The notes: generated by a model from the sequence alone, not told the origin. A stretch of DNA of 64,000 bases from an uncultured delta proteobacterium (GCA_963745025.1 CAVUWD010000010.1:32001-96000), one strand, 5' to 3'; counted from the first letter of the stretch, positions 1 through 9,720 are shown. A program made the numbers and translations.

Positions 1-337
1 GGCGGTGGAGCTCCGTCACGCGCCGTTTGCGCTCTGGATCAACGATCTCTCCGCCCCCGACCGGCTGCCGCCGATCCCGACGCCGCCACTGGCCATCGTG
101 GCGGGCACGGAGGTGCGGATTCCGGTGCTCACGCTGCTCATGGGCGTCAGCATGCTCGTACAGCAGCGCATGACGCCGCAGGCGGGGGATCCCGCGCAGC
201 AGCGAATGATGATGCTCATGCCGATCGTGTTCACGGTCATGTTCATCAACTTTCCTTCCGGGCTGGCGCTGTATTGGCTCGTGAACAACATCCTGACGAT
301 CGCTCAGCAGATGCTGGTGCAGCGAACCGCGAGATGA
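1..337 (+). CDS. yidC: Membrane protein insertase YidC, C-terminal part (truncated by window start)
   Basis: [18 protein letters not shown] and [20 protein letters not shown] motifs; lies upstream of jag-mnmE. Confidence 0.95.
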   Translation, partial: AVELRHAPFALWINDLSAPDRLPPIPTPPLAIVAGTEVRIPVLTLLMGVSMLVQQRMTPQAGDPAQQRMMMLMPIVFTVMFINFPSGLALYWLVNNILTIAQQMLVQRTAR

Positions 338-361
338 GCCTCGCGACGTGGAGGAGCGTCC

Positions 362-1075
362 GTGACGTCCAGTGTGAAATCTGTCGAAGCCGAAGGCGAG
401 ACGATCGACGAAGCGATCGCGAATGCGCTCGCGACGCTGGGCGTCCCGCGCGAGCGTGTGCAGGTAGAGATCCTGAACGACGCGCGACGCGGGCTGCTCG
501 GCTTTGGCGGCCAGAAGGCGCGGGTGCGCGTGTCGCCGCGCGAGGGCGCCCCTGCGGCATCCGCCGAGCCGACGGGTCGCGTCACGGTAGCAGTCGCCGA
601 AGAGGCCGAGCGCGTTCTTCGCGAGCTTCTCGCGCTCATGGACATTCCGGGCCACGTCGAGGCCGCTCCGGTAGAAGAAGCCGGATACGTCATGCTGCGC
701 ATCACGAGCGAAGCCGGAGGCCTGCTGATCGGCCGGCACGGGCAGACGCTCGACGCGCTCGAATATCTGATCAATCGAACCGTCGGCCGGCAGGACGAAC
801 AGGGCGGCCGCATCCTGGTCGATGCCGAAGGTTACCGGGAGCGGCGAAGCCAGGAGCTTCGCGAGACGGCGAGCCGGCTCGCCGCTCGGGTGCACCAGAC
901 GGCGCGCGCACAGAGCATGAATCCACTGAGTCCACGCGAGCGGCGAATCGTGCATATGGCATTGAGCGGCGATTCGACGGTGGTCACTCGAAGCGTCGGC
1001 GAAGGCCAACTGCGTCGCGTGGTGATCTATCCAGCGCGCGAGGCCCGCGGCCGGCAAGCGCCGAGTCGCGGCTAA
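362..1075 (+). CDS. khpB: Jag/EloR/KhpB RNA-binding protein (Jag_N, KH, R3H)
   Basis: N-terminal G.TIDEAI..AL..LG, KH LLIGRHGQTLDALEYL, R3H ERRIVHMAL; yidC-jag-mnmE synteny. Confidence 0.93.
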   Translation: MTSSVKSVEAEGETIDEAIANALATLGVPRERVQVEILNDARRGLLGFGGQKARVRVSPREGAPAASAEPTGRVTVAVAEEAERVLRELLALMDIPGHVEAAPVEEAGYVMLRITSEAGGLLIGRHGQTLDALEYLINRTVGRQDEQGGRILVDAEGYRERRSQELRETASRLAARVHQTARAQSMNPLSPRERRIVHMALSGDSTVVTRSVGEGQLRRVVIYPAREARGRQAPSRG

Positions 1076-1241
1076 CTTTGAAGCGAAGACAATTTCGCTC
1101 GAGAAGCGTGCCGAGCCCGCACCCGACTGGGACACGTCGCGTGCGCCAGATGAGCCGCGGGGCCGTCTTTGCGGGCGCGGGAGGCGACTAGGAAGAAGCT
1201 CGTGGCGGCCAAGTCGGGCGCGGGCTCTAGGCCCGTCGATA

Positions 1242-1454
1242 CGAAATTCGCCCGGGTCCTGTCGTCGGCGCAGCCCGCGCCGTGCTCGCTGGACGCCCCT
1301 CCTAGCCGCTCCGGGTCCTTCCGGTCACTCCTGTTGTCGGTGGCGACTCATCTCCCATCGGGGGGCATGCCGCTGAAGTAGCCCCAGGACTTCGCCCCGC
1401 ATTCGCTGCGCGCGGCGCGTGCGCCCAACGCCGACGCCACCCGGGCGAATTTCG
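1242..1454. repeat. Intergenic element bounded by a perfect 16-bp inverted repeat (MITE-like or structured RNA)
   Basis: CGAAATTCGCCCGGGT (1242-1257) / ACCCGGGCGAATTTCG (1439-1454), with further nested complementary arms (CGTCGGCG/CGCCGACG). Confidence 0.6.
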
Positions 1455-1513
1455 CTTCGAGGCGAACCGGCGCGGATTTACCCCCAGCCGAAGAATCGCT
1501 AACGTCCGCGTCA

Positions 1514-2884
1514 GTGTATTCGCGCGACACCATCGCTGCGATGTCGACGGCGAACGGCGCCGCCGCCGTCGCCATCGTGCGTGTCAGCGGGGCAGACGCC
1601 GTCGCCGTCGCTGCGCGCGTCTTCCGTGGTCCGCGTCCGGATCGATGGACATCGCACCGCCTCTATGCGGGACGCTTCGTCGACGCCGGAGAGCAAGTGC
1701 TCGATCACGGCTTGGGCGTCATCATGCGTGCGCCGCGGAGCTACACGGGAGAAGATGTCGTCGAGCTCCACGGCCACGGCGGCGTACTGCTCGCGCGGCG
1801 CCTGCTCGGTGCGGTGATCGCGGCTGGTGCTCGCCCCGCCGCGCCCGGAGAATTCACGCTGCGGGCGTTCCTCAACGGCAAGCTGGATCTCGCCCAGGCG
1901 GAATCCGTGGCCGAACTGATCGCGGCGCGCACGGACTCGGCTCTGCGAGTCGCTGTGCACCAGCTCGGGGGCTCGCTGTCGAGGGCGATTGAGGAATTGC
2001 GGGAACGAATCATCGGCATCGCAGCTCATCTCGAGGTGGCGATCGATTTTTCGGAAGAGGACGTCGGGGACCTCGATCGCGCCAAGTTCGCAGATGACGC
2101 GACTGGCGTGACCATGGCGCTACGCGAGCTGGCGGCGACCTATCGGCGCGGGCGCATCCTTCGCGAAGGGCTGCGGGTCGCGATCGTCGGCAAGCCGAAC
2201 GTCGGCAAGTCGAGCTTGCTCAATCGTTTGTTGGAGATCGAGCGAGCCATCGTCACACCGGTCCCGGGGACCACCCGAGACGTCATCGAGGAGATGCTGG
2301 AGATCGACGGGCTGGCGATTGTGCTCGCCGACACGGCCGGCATCCGCACGAGCCGCGAAGAGGTCGAGCAGCTCGGCATCGAGCGGACTCGCCAACAGAT
2401 CGCCGCTGCAGACTTGGCGATCATCGTGCTCGACAACAGCCGGGCATGGGGGCCGGAAGACGCCGAGGTTCTTGATGCGACGCGTCATAATCGATCTATC
2501 TTATTGATAAATAAGGTAGATCTACAATCTCACCTTGTGCTTCCCGAAGAATTGCGAGACGCCAACCCTATAGTCCATGTGTCCGCATTGACCGGCGTCG
2601 GTATGGATTCACTGCGTTCGGAACTGCTTCGTGCAGCTGACCTTCCCGCGCGGGGCGAACCAACGCCGACCATCACGATTACGCGGGAACGCCATCGACT
2701 GGCACTCGAGGCGGCTGCGAAGAGCGTCGAGCACGCGGTTGCTTCGCTGCTCGCTGGGAACCCGCCAGACGTGGTAGCGGTTGATGTTATGTCCGGGCTC
2801 GACCATCTCGAAGAGATCGTCGGCCGTACGTCGCCGGAAGCCGTGCTCGATCGTATCTTCGGCGAGTTCTGCATTGGCAAATAG
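1514..2884 (+). CDS. mnmE: tRNA modification GTPase MnmE
   Basis: DTIAA, SYTGEDVVELHGHGG, G1 GKPNVGKSS, GTTRD, DTAG, NKVD, C-terminal FCIGK. Confidence 0.98.
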   Translation: MYSRDTIAAMSTANGAAAVAIVRVSGADAVAVAARVFRGPRPDRWTSHRLYAGRFVDAGEQVLDHGLGVIMRAPRSYTGEDVVELHGHGGVLLARRLLGAVIAAGARPAAPGEFTLRAFLNGKLDLAQAESVAELIAARTDSALRVAVHQLGGSLSRAIEELRERIIGIAAHLEVAIDFSEEDVGDLDRAKFADDATGVTMALRELAATYRRGRILREGLRVAIVGKPNVGKSSLLNRLLEIERAIVTPVPGTTRDVIEEMLEIDGLAIVLADTAGIRTSREEVEQLGIERTRQQIAAADLAIIVLDNSRAWGPEDAEVLDATRHNRSILLINKVDLQSHLVLPEELRDANPIVHVSALTGVGMDSLRSELLRAADLPARGEPTPTITITRERHRLALEAAAKSVEHAVASLLAGNPPDVVAVDVMSGLDHLEEIVGRTSPEAVLDRIFGEFCIGK

Positions 2885-2889
2885 TGAAT

Positions 2890-2905
2890 TGTTCCACGTG
2901 GAACA
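2890..2905. other. parS centromere-like site
   Basis: Perfect palindrome TGTTCCACGTGGAACA matching the parS consensus TGTTNCACGTGNAACA. Confidence 0.9.
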
Positions 2906-2918
2906 CCGAGGATCAGGG

Positions 2919-4808
2919 ATGACAAGCAGATTTGACGTGATCGTAGTGGGTGCGGGACATGCCGGAATCGAAGCTGCGTTCGCCGCCGCACGGATGGGCC
3001 GACGAACGCTGATGCTCACCCTCAATCTCGATCACATCGGCCAGATGTCGTGCAATCCGGCGATTGGCGGTATCGGCAAAGGGCATCTCGTGAGGGAAAT
3101 CGACGCGCTCGGCGGAGAGATGGCTCGAGCGATCGATGAGACCGGAATCCAATTTCGGCGCCTTAATACCAAGAAGGGGCCGGCGGTACGCGCGACGCGT
3201 GCGCAGGCCGACAAAGCACTGTACCGAATGCGGATGAAATTGGCCCTCGAACGCGAGCCGAGGATCGCCTGCCGTCAGGGAAGCGTGGAACGATTGCTTG
3301 TCGAAGCGGGAGCGGTACGCGGTGTCGAGACCCAGATCGGTGAGATCTTCGAAGCCAAGACCGTCATTCTCACGACCGGCACCTTTCTGAAGGGCCTCAT
3401 CCACGTGGGAGATAAGAACTATCCTGCAGGACGAGCCGGGGACTTCGCGGCGATGAATTTGTCGAACCAGTTGCGGTCGCTCGGCCTTCGCGTCGGACGC
3501 CTCAAGACCGGCACTTGTCCGCGGCTCGATCGGCGAACGATCGACTTCAGCCGGCTCGAAGAGCAGACGGCCGACGAGCCGCCCCCGGCGTTCTCGTTCT
3601 CGACACGGAAGATCCGCCAGCGACAAGTGTCATGCCATCTCACTTATACGAATCCCGAGACCCACGTCCTGATCCGATCAGGACTCGACCGCTCGCCGCT
3701 CTACAACGGAACCATCCAAAGCCGCGGTCCGCGCTACTGCCCCTCGATCGAGGACAAAGTAGTTCGCTTCCGCGACAAGGAGAGGCACCAGATCTTCTTA
3801 GAGCCCGAGGGCTACGACACCGTCGAGATCTACCCAAACGGTCTCTCGACGAGCCTACCCGTCGACATCCAGATACGCATGGTGCGCTCGATCGCCGGCC
3901 TCGAGGAAGCGGAAATCATGCGACCTGGTTATGCCATCGAATACGACTACTGCGATCCGACACAGCTCGGTCCTTCCCTCGAGAGCAAACTGATGAATGG
4001 GCTCTTTCTGGCCGGTCAGATCAACGGCACGACCGGCTACGAAGAAGCCGCGGCACAGGGAATCATGGCCGGGATCAACGCAGCGCGGCGCTGCGAGGGG
4101 GAGCCGCCGATAGTTCTCGGGCGAGAGCAAGCCTATATCGGCGTACTCATCGACGACCTGGTGACGAAAGGAGTCGGCGGCGAACCCTACCGGATGTTCA
4201 CGTCCCGCGCGGAGCATCGGCTGCTTCTCCGCGAAGACAACGCCGATCTCCGCCTCGGTGAAATCGGCCGTGAAATAGGGCTTCTCGAAGCCGCAGCGCA
4301 CGAGCGGCTCACCCACAAGCAGAGATGGATCGATCGAGAGCTCGCCCGCCTCGAAGGCACGCTCCTAGCGCCGAACGCGAAGGTTCAGGCGCTCCTAGCC
4401 GAGCTCGGTACGACGCCGCTACGCGGCACGTGGAGCCTCGCTGTGCTGCTTCGCCGACCGGAGCTGGGCTACAGGGACATCGTCGCTTTGGAAGAAGCAG
4501 CGGGGGCGATGCAACCCGTCGACCAGTCGGCTGGGGACGATGCCCGCGCGCAAGTCGAGATCGAGATCAAGTACGGGGGCTACGTCGAGCGGCAGCGCGA
4601 GCTCGTCGAGCGCTCCCACCGGATGGAAGCGGTCGGTCTTCCCGCCGACCTGGATTACTCGAGGGTCTCGGGCCTTTCTCACGAGGTGCGCGAGAAGCTC
4701 TCCGTGATCCGTCCGCGCTCGCTCGGGCAGGCATCCCGAATCTCGGGCATCACGCCGGCGGCGCTTTCATTGCTCGCCGTCCACTTGCGTAAGACCGGGC
4801 TTGCCTAA
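2919..4808 (+). CDS. mnmG: tRNA uridine-5-carboxymethylaminomethyl(34) synthesis enzyme MnmG (GidA)
   Basis: FDVIVVGAGHAG, MSCNPAIGG, GPRYCPSIEDK, AGQINGTTGYEEAAAQG; ATG at 2919 chosen over the longer ORF. Confidence 0.98.
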   Translation: MTSRFDVIVVGAGHAGIEAAFAAARMGRRTLMLTLNLDHIGQMSCNPAIGGIGKGHLVREIDALGGEMARAIDETGIQFRRLNTKKGPAVRATRAQADKALYRMRMKLALEREPRIACRQGSVERLLVEAGAVRGVETQIGEIFEAKTVILTTGTFLKGLIHVGDKNYPAGRAGDFAAMNLSNQLRSLGLRVGRLKTGTCPRLDRRTIDFSRLEEQTADEPPPAFSFSTRKIRQRQVSCHLTYTNPETHVLIRSGLDRSPLYNGTIQSRGPRYCPSIEDKVVRFRDKERHQIFLEPEGYDTVEIYPNGLSTSLPVDIQIRMVRSIAGLEEAEIMRPGYAIEYDYCDPTQLGPSLESKLMNGLFLAGQINGTTGYEEAAAQGIMAGINAARRCEGEPPIVLGREQAYIGVLIDDLVTKGVGGEPYRMFTSRAEHRLLLREDNADLRLGEIGREIGLLEAAAHERLTHKQRWIDRELARLEGTLLAPNAKVQALLAELGTTPLRGTWSLAVLLRRPELGYRDIVALEEAAGAMQPVDQSAGDDARAQVEIEIKYGGYVERQRELVERSHRMEAVGLPADLDYSRVSGLSHEVREKLSVIRPRSLGQASRISGITPAALSLLAVHLRKTGLA

Positions 4809-4814
4809 GTGCGG

Positions 4815-4920
4815 GTGGGGACGTTCCTGACCTTCGTAACCTTCGTCGCACCTTTCTGCTTAGGGGATTTCCGAGCGCGAGGAACGCGATGAAGGTTACG
4901 AAGGTCAGGAACGTCCCCAC
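4815..4920. repeat. 35-bp near-perfect inverted repeat (REP/REPIN-like) between mnmG and rsmG
   Basis: GTGGGGACGTTCCTGACCTTCGTAACCTTCGTCGC (4815-4849) pairs with 4886-4920 with one G-U wobble. Confidence 0.75.
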
Positions 4921-5527
4921 GGAGCGCCTGCCGCAGCAAGCCAAGGAGCTATTCGGCATCGAGCCGAATAACTCAGAGTGCGAGCGGTTCGACCGCTTTC
5001 TCGATCTCCTCGGTATCTGGTCGAAACGCACGAACCTGATCTCCGCGCGCTCGCGCGGCGAGATCGTCGAGCGCCACGTACTCGATTCGATTGCTCCGCT
5101 GCGTTTCGTTCGCCAAGCCGCGGTCGTCGCTGATTTTGGGAGCGGCGCGGGATTTCCTGCAATACCCCTCGCGATCCTGGCGCCTGCCACGCGATTCCAT
5201 CTCGTAGAGTCAAGGCACAAGCGCGCGACATTTCTCCGCCATGTCGCGCGGGCTCTCGGTCTGACGAACGTTCGGGTGCGCGAGGAGCGTGGAGAAGAGT
5301 GGACTCCGGGTGAGGCGATCGAGGTGACGATCGGTCGGGCGATCCGGGCCGATCTCTTAGCGGCGCTGTCATTGCGGGTCCTGACCTCGAACGGGCGCCT
5401 CATCGTGATGCGGAAGCACACTGATGGCGAGCTCCGAATGACCGGCTTTGTCGAGTTCGAAAGGGCGCCCTATAGCCTGCCTGGTGGCGAACAACATGAG
5501 ATCGTCATCTTGCGCCGCGCCGATTGA
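4889..5527 (+). CDS. rsmG: 16S rRNA m7G527 methyltransferase RsmG (GidB); start uncertain
   Basis: TNLIS, RHVLDS, DFGSGAGFPAIPLAI, LVESRHKRATFL; lies between mnmG and parA. Confidence 0.95.
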   Translation: MKVTKVRNVPTERLPQQAKELFGIEPNNSECERFDRFLDLLGIWSKRTNLISARSRGEIVERHVLDSIAPLRFVRQAAVVADFGSGAGFPAIPLAILAPATRFHLVESRHKRATFLRHVARALGLTNVRVREERGEEWTPGEAIEVTIGRAIRADLLAALSLRVLTSNGRLIVMRKHTDGELRMTGFVEFERAPYSLPGGEQHEIVILRRAD

Positions 5528-5531
5528 CGAT

Positions 5532-5547
5532 TGTTTCACGTGAAACT
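5532..5547. other. parS centromere-like site
   Basis: TGTTTCACGTGAAACT, 15/16 match to consensus, directly upstream of parA. Confidence 0.88.
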
Positions 5548-5601
5548 TCCGGTCCCCCTGGCGTTGTGATAACCCATCGGCTGTTCCGAGGAGAGGCACC
5601 T

Positions 5602-6360
5602 TTGGCGAGGATCATCGCGATCACCAACCAAAAGGGGGGTGTGGGTAAGACCACGACGGCGGTCAACCTCGCTGCATCGCTGGGCAGCCTAGGAAAGAAC
5701 GTCTTGCTCGTGGATCTCGATCCCCAGAGCAATTCGACTAGTGGTGTGGGCGTAGTTCCGAGTGAGGTCACGCACTCGACGTACACGGTGCTCGCCGGCA
5801 GTTCTTCTCCCGGCGAGGCCGTTCTCGGAACCAAGGCTTCCGGCCTCTACGTATTGCCCGCCAACCGCGATTTGACTGGGGCAGAGATCGAACTAGTTTC
5901 CTTGGAAAATCGGGAGCTTGTGCTAAAGGAACGGATTGGCGAGATTATTTCCAAACATGATTTTATTATCGTTGACTGCCCTCCTTCGCTCGGTCTTCTC
6001 ACGGTAAATGCGCTGGCTGCCTGCGAGGGAGTCATCATACCGCTCCAATGCGAGTATTATGCGATGGAAGGTGTGAGCGCGCTGATCGAAACGCTAGATA
6101 TGGTTCGCGTCTCCCTGAATGCAGGCCTCGCTTTGGACGGCGTGCTGCTCACCATGTTCGATACGCGCAACTCGATCTGCCACCAGGTCGCCGAGCAGGC
6201 CCGGCAGTACTTCGGCGAGAAGGTCTTCCGTACGGTGATCCCCCGCAACGTGCGCCTCAGCGAGAGTCCGAGCTTCGGTGTTCCGATCCTCCTCTACGAT
6301 CCGGGCTCGCGCGGAGCCCAGAGCTATCTCGAGCTGGCTCGCGAGATGCTCGCCCGGTAG
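5602..6360 (+). CDS. parA: Chromosome partitioning ATPase ParA/Soj
   Basis: NQKGGVGKTTT deviant Walker A, DLDPQ, DCPPSLG, IPRNVRLSESPS; TTG start after GAGGAGAG. Confidence 0.96.
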   Translation: MARIIAITNQKGGVGKTTTAVNLAASLGSLGKNVLLVDLDPQSNSTSGVGVVPSEVTHSTYTVLAGSSSPGEAVLGTKASGLYVLPANRDLTGAEIELVSLENRELVLKERIGEIISKHDFIIVDCPPSLGLLTVNALAACEGVIIPLQCEYYAMEGVSALIETLDMVRVSLNAGLALDGVLLTMFDTRNSICHQVAEQARQYFGEKVFRTVIPRNVRLSESPSFGVPILLYDPGSRGAQSYLELAREMLAR

Positions 6361-6441
6361 CATGCTTGATCGGAGGCGGGGCCGCGACCAACGGGAGCGA
6401 ACCGTGACGCAGATTCGCTCGCCACGCTCCTCCGGGAGGCG

Positions 6442-7287
6442 ATGATGGATGCTCCGAAGCGTAAGGGTCTCGGCAGGGGCTTCGGCGCCCTGATTCCGCA
6501 GGCGCCGCCGCCCAAGGCCGTCGAGCGGACCCTGCCGCTCGACGAGATCACGCCCAATCCGTGGCAACCGCGGGTTCACTTCGACGAAGCCAAGATTCAC
6601 GAGATGGCCGAGTCCATCGGCGAGCACGGGATCATCGAGCCGCTCGTCGTTCGGCCGCACGAGGGCGGCTACGAGCTCATCGCCGGCGAACGTCGGCTGC
6701 GCGCCGCGCGCCTCGCCGGCCTCGAGTCCGTGCCGGTCGCGGTTCGCGAGATGAGCGATCGCGACGTCCTGGAGGTGACGCTGATCGAGAACCTCCAGCG
6801 CGAGGATCTCTCCGCGTTGGAAGAGGCCGCCGCGTACGTTCGGCTGATGGAGGAATTCGGTGCGACTCAGGACGAAGTTGCGCGACGAGTCGGGAAGAGC
6901 CGTCCAGCCGTCGCCAATACGATCCGTTTACTCCAGCTTCCCGAAGCCGTGCGTGACGAGATGCGAGCAGGACGGCTCTCGGCGGGGCATGCACGCGCAT
7001 TGCTCGCACTCGATTCGGCGGTCGAGCAGACGGCGCTCGCGCGCGATGCGATCCGGCTCGGCCTCTCCGTGCGTCAGCTCGAGGGGCGGATCCGACTGCG
7101 CCTGCAGCCCCCCGCTCGCAAACCGGCGAGCCGTGATCTGCATGTTGCGGATGTCGAAAAGCAGCTGATGCGCAGCCTCGGTACACGCGTTCGATTGCAA
7201 AGCCACGGCGGGCGTGGGCGGATCGTCATCGAGTTCTACTCGCCGGCCGAACTCCAGCGCCTCGTCGAGCGATTGCGGCATCCGTAG
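6442..7287 (+). CDS. parB: Chromosome partitioning protein ParB/Spo0J
   Basis: KGLGRG, PNPWQPR, IAGERRLRAA, IENLQREDL, HTH VGKSRPAVANTIRLL. Confidence 0.97.
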   Translation: MMDAPKRKGLGRGFGALIPQAPPPKAVERTLPLDEITPNPWQPRVHFDEAKIHEMAESIGEHGIIEPLVVRPHEGGYELIAGERRLRAARLAGLESVPVAVREMSDRDVLEVTLIENLQREDLSALEEAAAYVRLMEEFGATQDEVARRVGKSRPAVANTIRLLQLPEAVRDEMRAGRLSAGHARALLALDSAVEQTALARDAIRLGLSVRQLEGRIRLRLQPPARKPASRDLHVADVEKQLMRSLGTRVRLQSHGGRGRIVIEFYSPAELQRLVERLRHP

Positions 7288-7367
7288 AGGCGGCACTACT
7301 CCTGGACAAGGTGGGGGTGTGGTGGTAATGGCACCGCTTCGCGAGAAGGCCGTTGAAGGAGGCACCG

Positions 7368-8002
7368 ATGGGCTTGTTCGGCCGCGACGAGAAGGACCCG
7401 AAGGAACCGGCGAAGGATCCGTTGAAGGACTACCGGCCGACGGAGGTTCGACCCCAGCCGTTCGAGCCGAAGACGTCGCCCGCAGCGCTGCAGGTTCACT
7501 CGCAGCCGCGCCCCAGCCCGTGACTGGCTCGGCAAAGGAGCACACGGTGGTCGAGAAGGAGAAGACGGAAGGCGGGGAGTTCGGTGAGATCCACGCGTAC
7601 CTGGGCAAGGGCAGCCGTGTGAGCGGGGAGCTCAACTTCGACGGCACCGTTCGCGTCGACGGTCAGGTGGAGGGCGAGATTTCTGCCCAGGACACGCTGA
7701 TAGTCGGCGAGCGGGCAGTCGTGACGGCGCAGATTAGCGGCAACACGGTGGTCATCCGCGGCAAGGTGACCGGCGACATCAATGCACGCAAGCGCGTCGA
7801 GATCCGCGCCCCCGGAAAGCTCTTCGGCAACATCGTCACGCCGAGTCTAGTGATTCACGAGGGAGTGATCTTCGAGGGACACTGCTCGATGGGAAGCGGC
7901 CTCGAGTCCCGCACTGCCGAATCCAAGATCACCCCCGTCGCCAAGGAAGAGAAGGGAGGCAATGGTGTCCTCACTCGCCTGTCGAGCGAAGGGACCAAGT
8001 AG
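7368..8002 (+). CDS. Bactofilin (polymer-forming cytoskeletal protein); N-terminal segment 7368-7523 is out of frame with the bactofilin domain (alternative GTG start 7547)
   Basis: AYLGKGSRVSGELNFDGTVRVDGQVEGEI...GNIVTPSLVIHEGVIFEGHCSM; parB-bactofilin-atp order; AAGGAGG RBS before ATG 7368 (MGLFGRDEK). Confidence 0.85.
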
Positions 8003-8126
8003 CTCCAGCCTCTCGCGTATTTCCACAGAGCCGTCTGGCTTCTGAGCCTGCTGATTTTCCTCGACGCCCGGCTCGGGCGAGGGGCGCGCCGCGATTAATC
8101 GGTCGCGCGAAGAACGACAAGGTCCC

Positions 8127-8552
8127 ATGGAGTTCAGCCTAGAGACGATCGTCTACCAAGCCGCCCTGTTCGTCGCGCTCTATTTCGTTCTGAAGAAACT
8201 CGTCTTCGAGCGCTTCTTAGCGAACCTGGACGCGCGCCAAGACCGTACGCGCGGCGCCCTGGAGGAAGCGACGAGGCTCCGCGAGGAAGCCGCTCGACTG
8301 CAGGCCGACTACGCGAGCCAAATGGGCGAGATCCGTCGGCGAGCCGCCGCGGAGCGGGAAGAGAGCCGCAGGCAGGCGGAAGAGGAGGAGCGCAAGTTTG
8401 TGGAATCGGCCCGCCAAGAGGCGGCGCGCGCGCTCATGGCGGCGCGCGTCAAGATTGCCGCGGAGGCCGAGGCGACCCGTGCCGCGCTCGCCGGCGAGAT
8501 CGCCCCGCTTTCCGAGGAAATCCTCGCAAGCCTCCTCGGGCGACGGTCATGA
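8127..8552 (+). CDS. F0F1 ATP synthase subunit b'
   Basis: N-terminal TM helix then Ala/Glu/Arg coiled coil; first of two b-type genes before atpH. Confidence 0.85.
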   Translation: MEFSLETIVYQAALFVALYFVLKKLVFERFLANLDARQDRTRGALEEATRLREEAARLQADYASQMGEIRRRAAAEREESRRQAEEEERKFVESARQEAARALMAARVKIAAEAEATRAALAGEIAPLSEEILASLLGRRS

Positions 8553-9142
8553 AGCGAAGACTCATCCACCGCCTCTCCTCGCTCTCGACCGCAACGATTC
8601 TGCTTGCAGGCGACCTTGCCCTCGCCGCCGAAGCACACGGCGGGCCCGAGGGACCGTCGTTGACGACTAGCCTGTTTCTACCCCTCTTCAACTTCGCGGC
8701 ATTCGTTTTTCTACTCTACTGGTTCGCTTGGCCCGTGCTCCTCAGCGCACTTACCGAGCGGCGCCGCTCGATCGAGAACGAGATCTCCGAGGCCGACCGC
8801 GCGCAGCGTGAGGCGGCGAGGATGCACGCCGAGGTCGAGGCTCGGCGGGCGCACCTCGCGGAGGAAGGAGAACGTCTCATGCGCGAGCTGCGCGGGGAGG
8901 CGGAAGCAGATCGGCGACGGCTCCTCGAAGCCGCTCGCCAAAGCGCCGAACGCATTCGAGCCGACGCACGCTTGCTCGCGGAACAGGAGAGCGCTCGCGC
9001 CGGACGGCAGATCCGGGAGCAGGTCGCCGAGCAAGTCATCGCACGCGTCACGGCTGCCCTCCGCGAGCGGCTGACGAGGGAAGACGAGGAGCGCTTCGTC
9101 AGAGCGTTCGTCTCGGGCGTCGAGACGGGGGATTTCCAGTGA
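8549..9142 (+). CDS. atpF: F0F1 ATP synthase subunit b
   Basis: FNFAAFVFLLYWFAWPV TM segment plus coiled coil; overlaps atpH start. Confidence 0.88.
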   Translation: MKRRLIHRLSSLSTATILLAGDLALAAEAHGGPEGPSLTTSLFLPLFNFAAFVFLLYWFAWPVLLSALTERRRSIENEISEADRAQREAARMHAEVEARRAHLAEEGERLMRELRGEAEADRRRLLEAARQSAERIRADARLLAEQESARAGRQIREQVAEQVIARVTAALRERLTREDEERFVRAFVSGVETGDFQ

Positions 9143-9669
9143 GCGCGGTCGCCAAGCGATACGCGAAGGCGCTCCTGGCACTCGGAGCGGAATCGGGCGA
9201 AGGCGAATCCGTCGGTCGCGAGCTCGACCGCGTGGCGCAGGTGTTCGCGACGGGTCCGCTCCAGGCGTTCGCCGGCGACACGACGCTCCACCGTAACACG
9301 CGAAGGGCGGTCGTCGCCCGCGTCTCGGAAGCGCTCGGTGTCTCGCGGCTGCTCCGCAACTTTCTCGGCCTGCTCGCCGAGAACAACCGCCTGCGGGATC
9401 TGTCCGCGATCCGCTCGCAATACCAGCGGCTGGAAGACCGCTCGCTCGGGCGGGTGCGCGCGCGTGTACTCTCGGCTCAGCCGCTTTCCGAGGAGAGCCG
9501 TTCCCGGATCCACGAGATTTTCGAGCGCCAGGTGGGCAAACGCGTCATCGCCGAGACCGCCATCGCACCGGAGCTCCTCGGCGGCGCGGTCGTGGCGCTC
9601 GAAGGCCGGGTGTTCGACGGTAGTCTGCGAACGCGGCTCGAGCATCTGAGACGATCGCTTTCGGGGTAG
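9139..9669 (+). CDS. atpH: F0F1 ATP synthase subunit delta
   Basis: VAKRYAKAL, NFLGLLAENNRL, LLGGAVV...VFDGSLRTRL. Confidence 0.95.
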   Translation: MSAVAKRYAKALLALGAESGEGESVGRELDRVAQVFATGPLQAFAGDTTLHRNTRRAVVARVSEALGVSRLLRNFLGLLAENNRLRDLSAIRSQYQRLEDRSLGRVRARVLSAQPLSEESRSRIHEIFERQVGKRVIAETAIAPELLGGAVVALEGRVFDGSLRTRLEHLRRSLSG

Positions 9670-9720
9670 GAACGGCGGCCGGTTCAAGAACCGTCGAAAC
9701 CAGACGAGGCAGGGTCAGTG

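Noticed and set aside
2485-2530. AT-rich patch as origin or internal promoter
   Set aside because: It lies in mnmE and encodes the ILLINKVD G4 motif; the TTGATA-TACAAT spacing is only 13 nt
2781-2918. N-terminal extensions of MnmG (also ParA 5524-5601 and ETF 22152-22799) in the ORF track
   Set aside because: They overlap neighbouring genes or parS sites; family similarity begins at downstream starts with RBS-like sequences
8019-8027. DnaA box / oriC (ATTTCCACA)
   Set aside because: A single mismatched box with no cluster or AT-rich unwinding element
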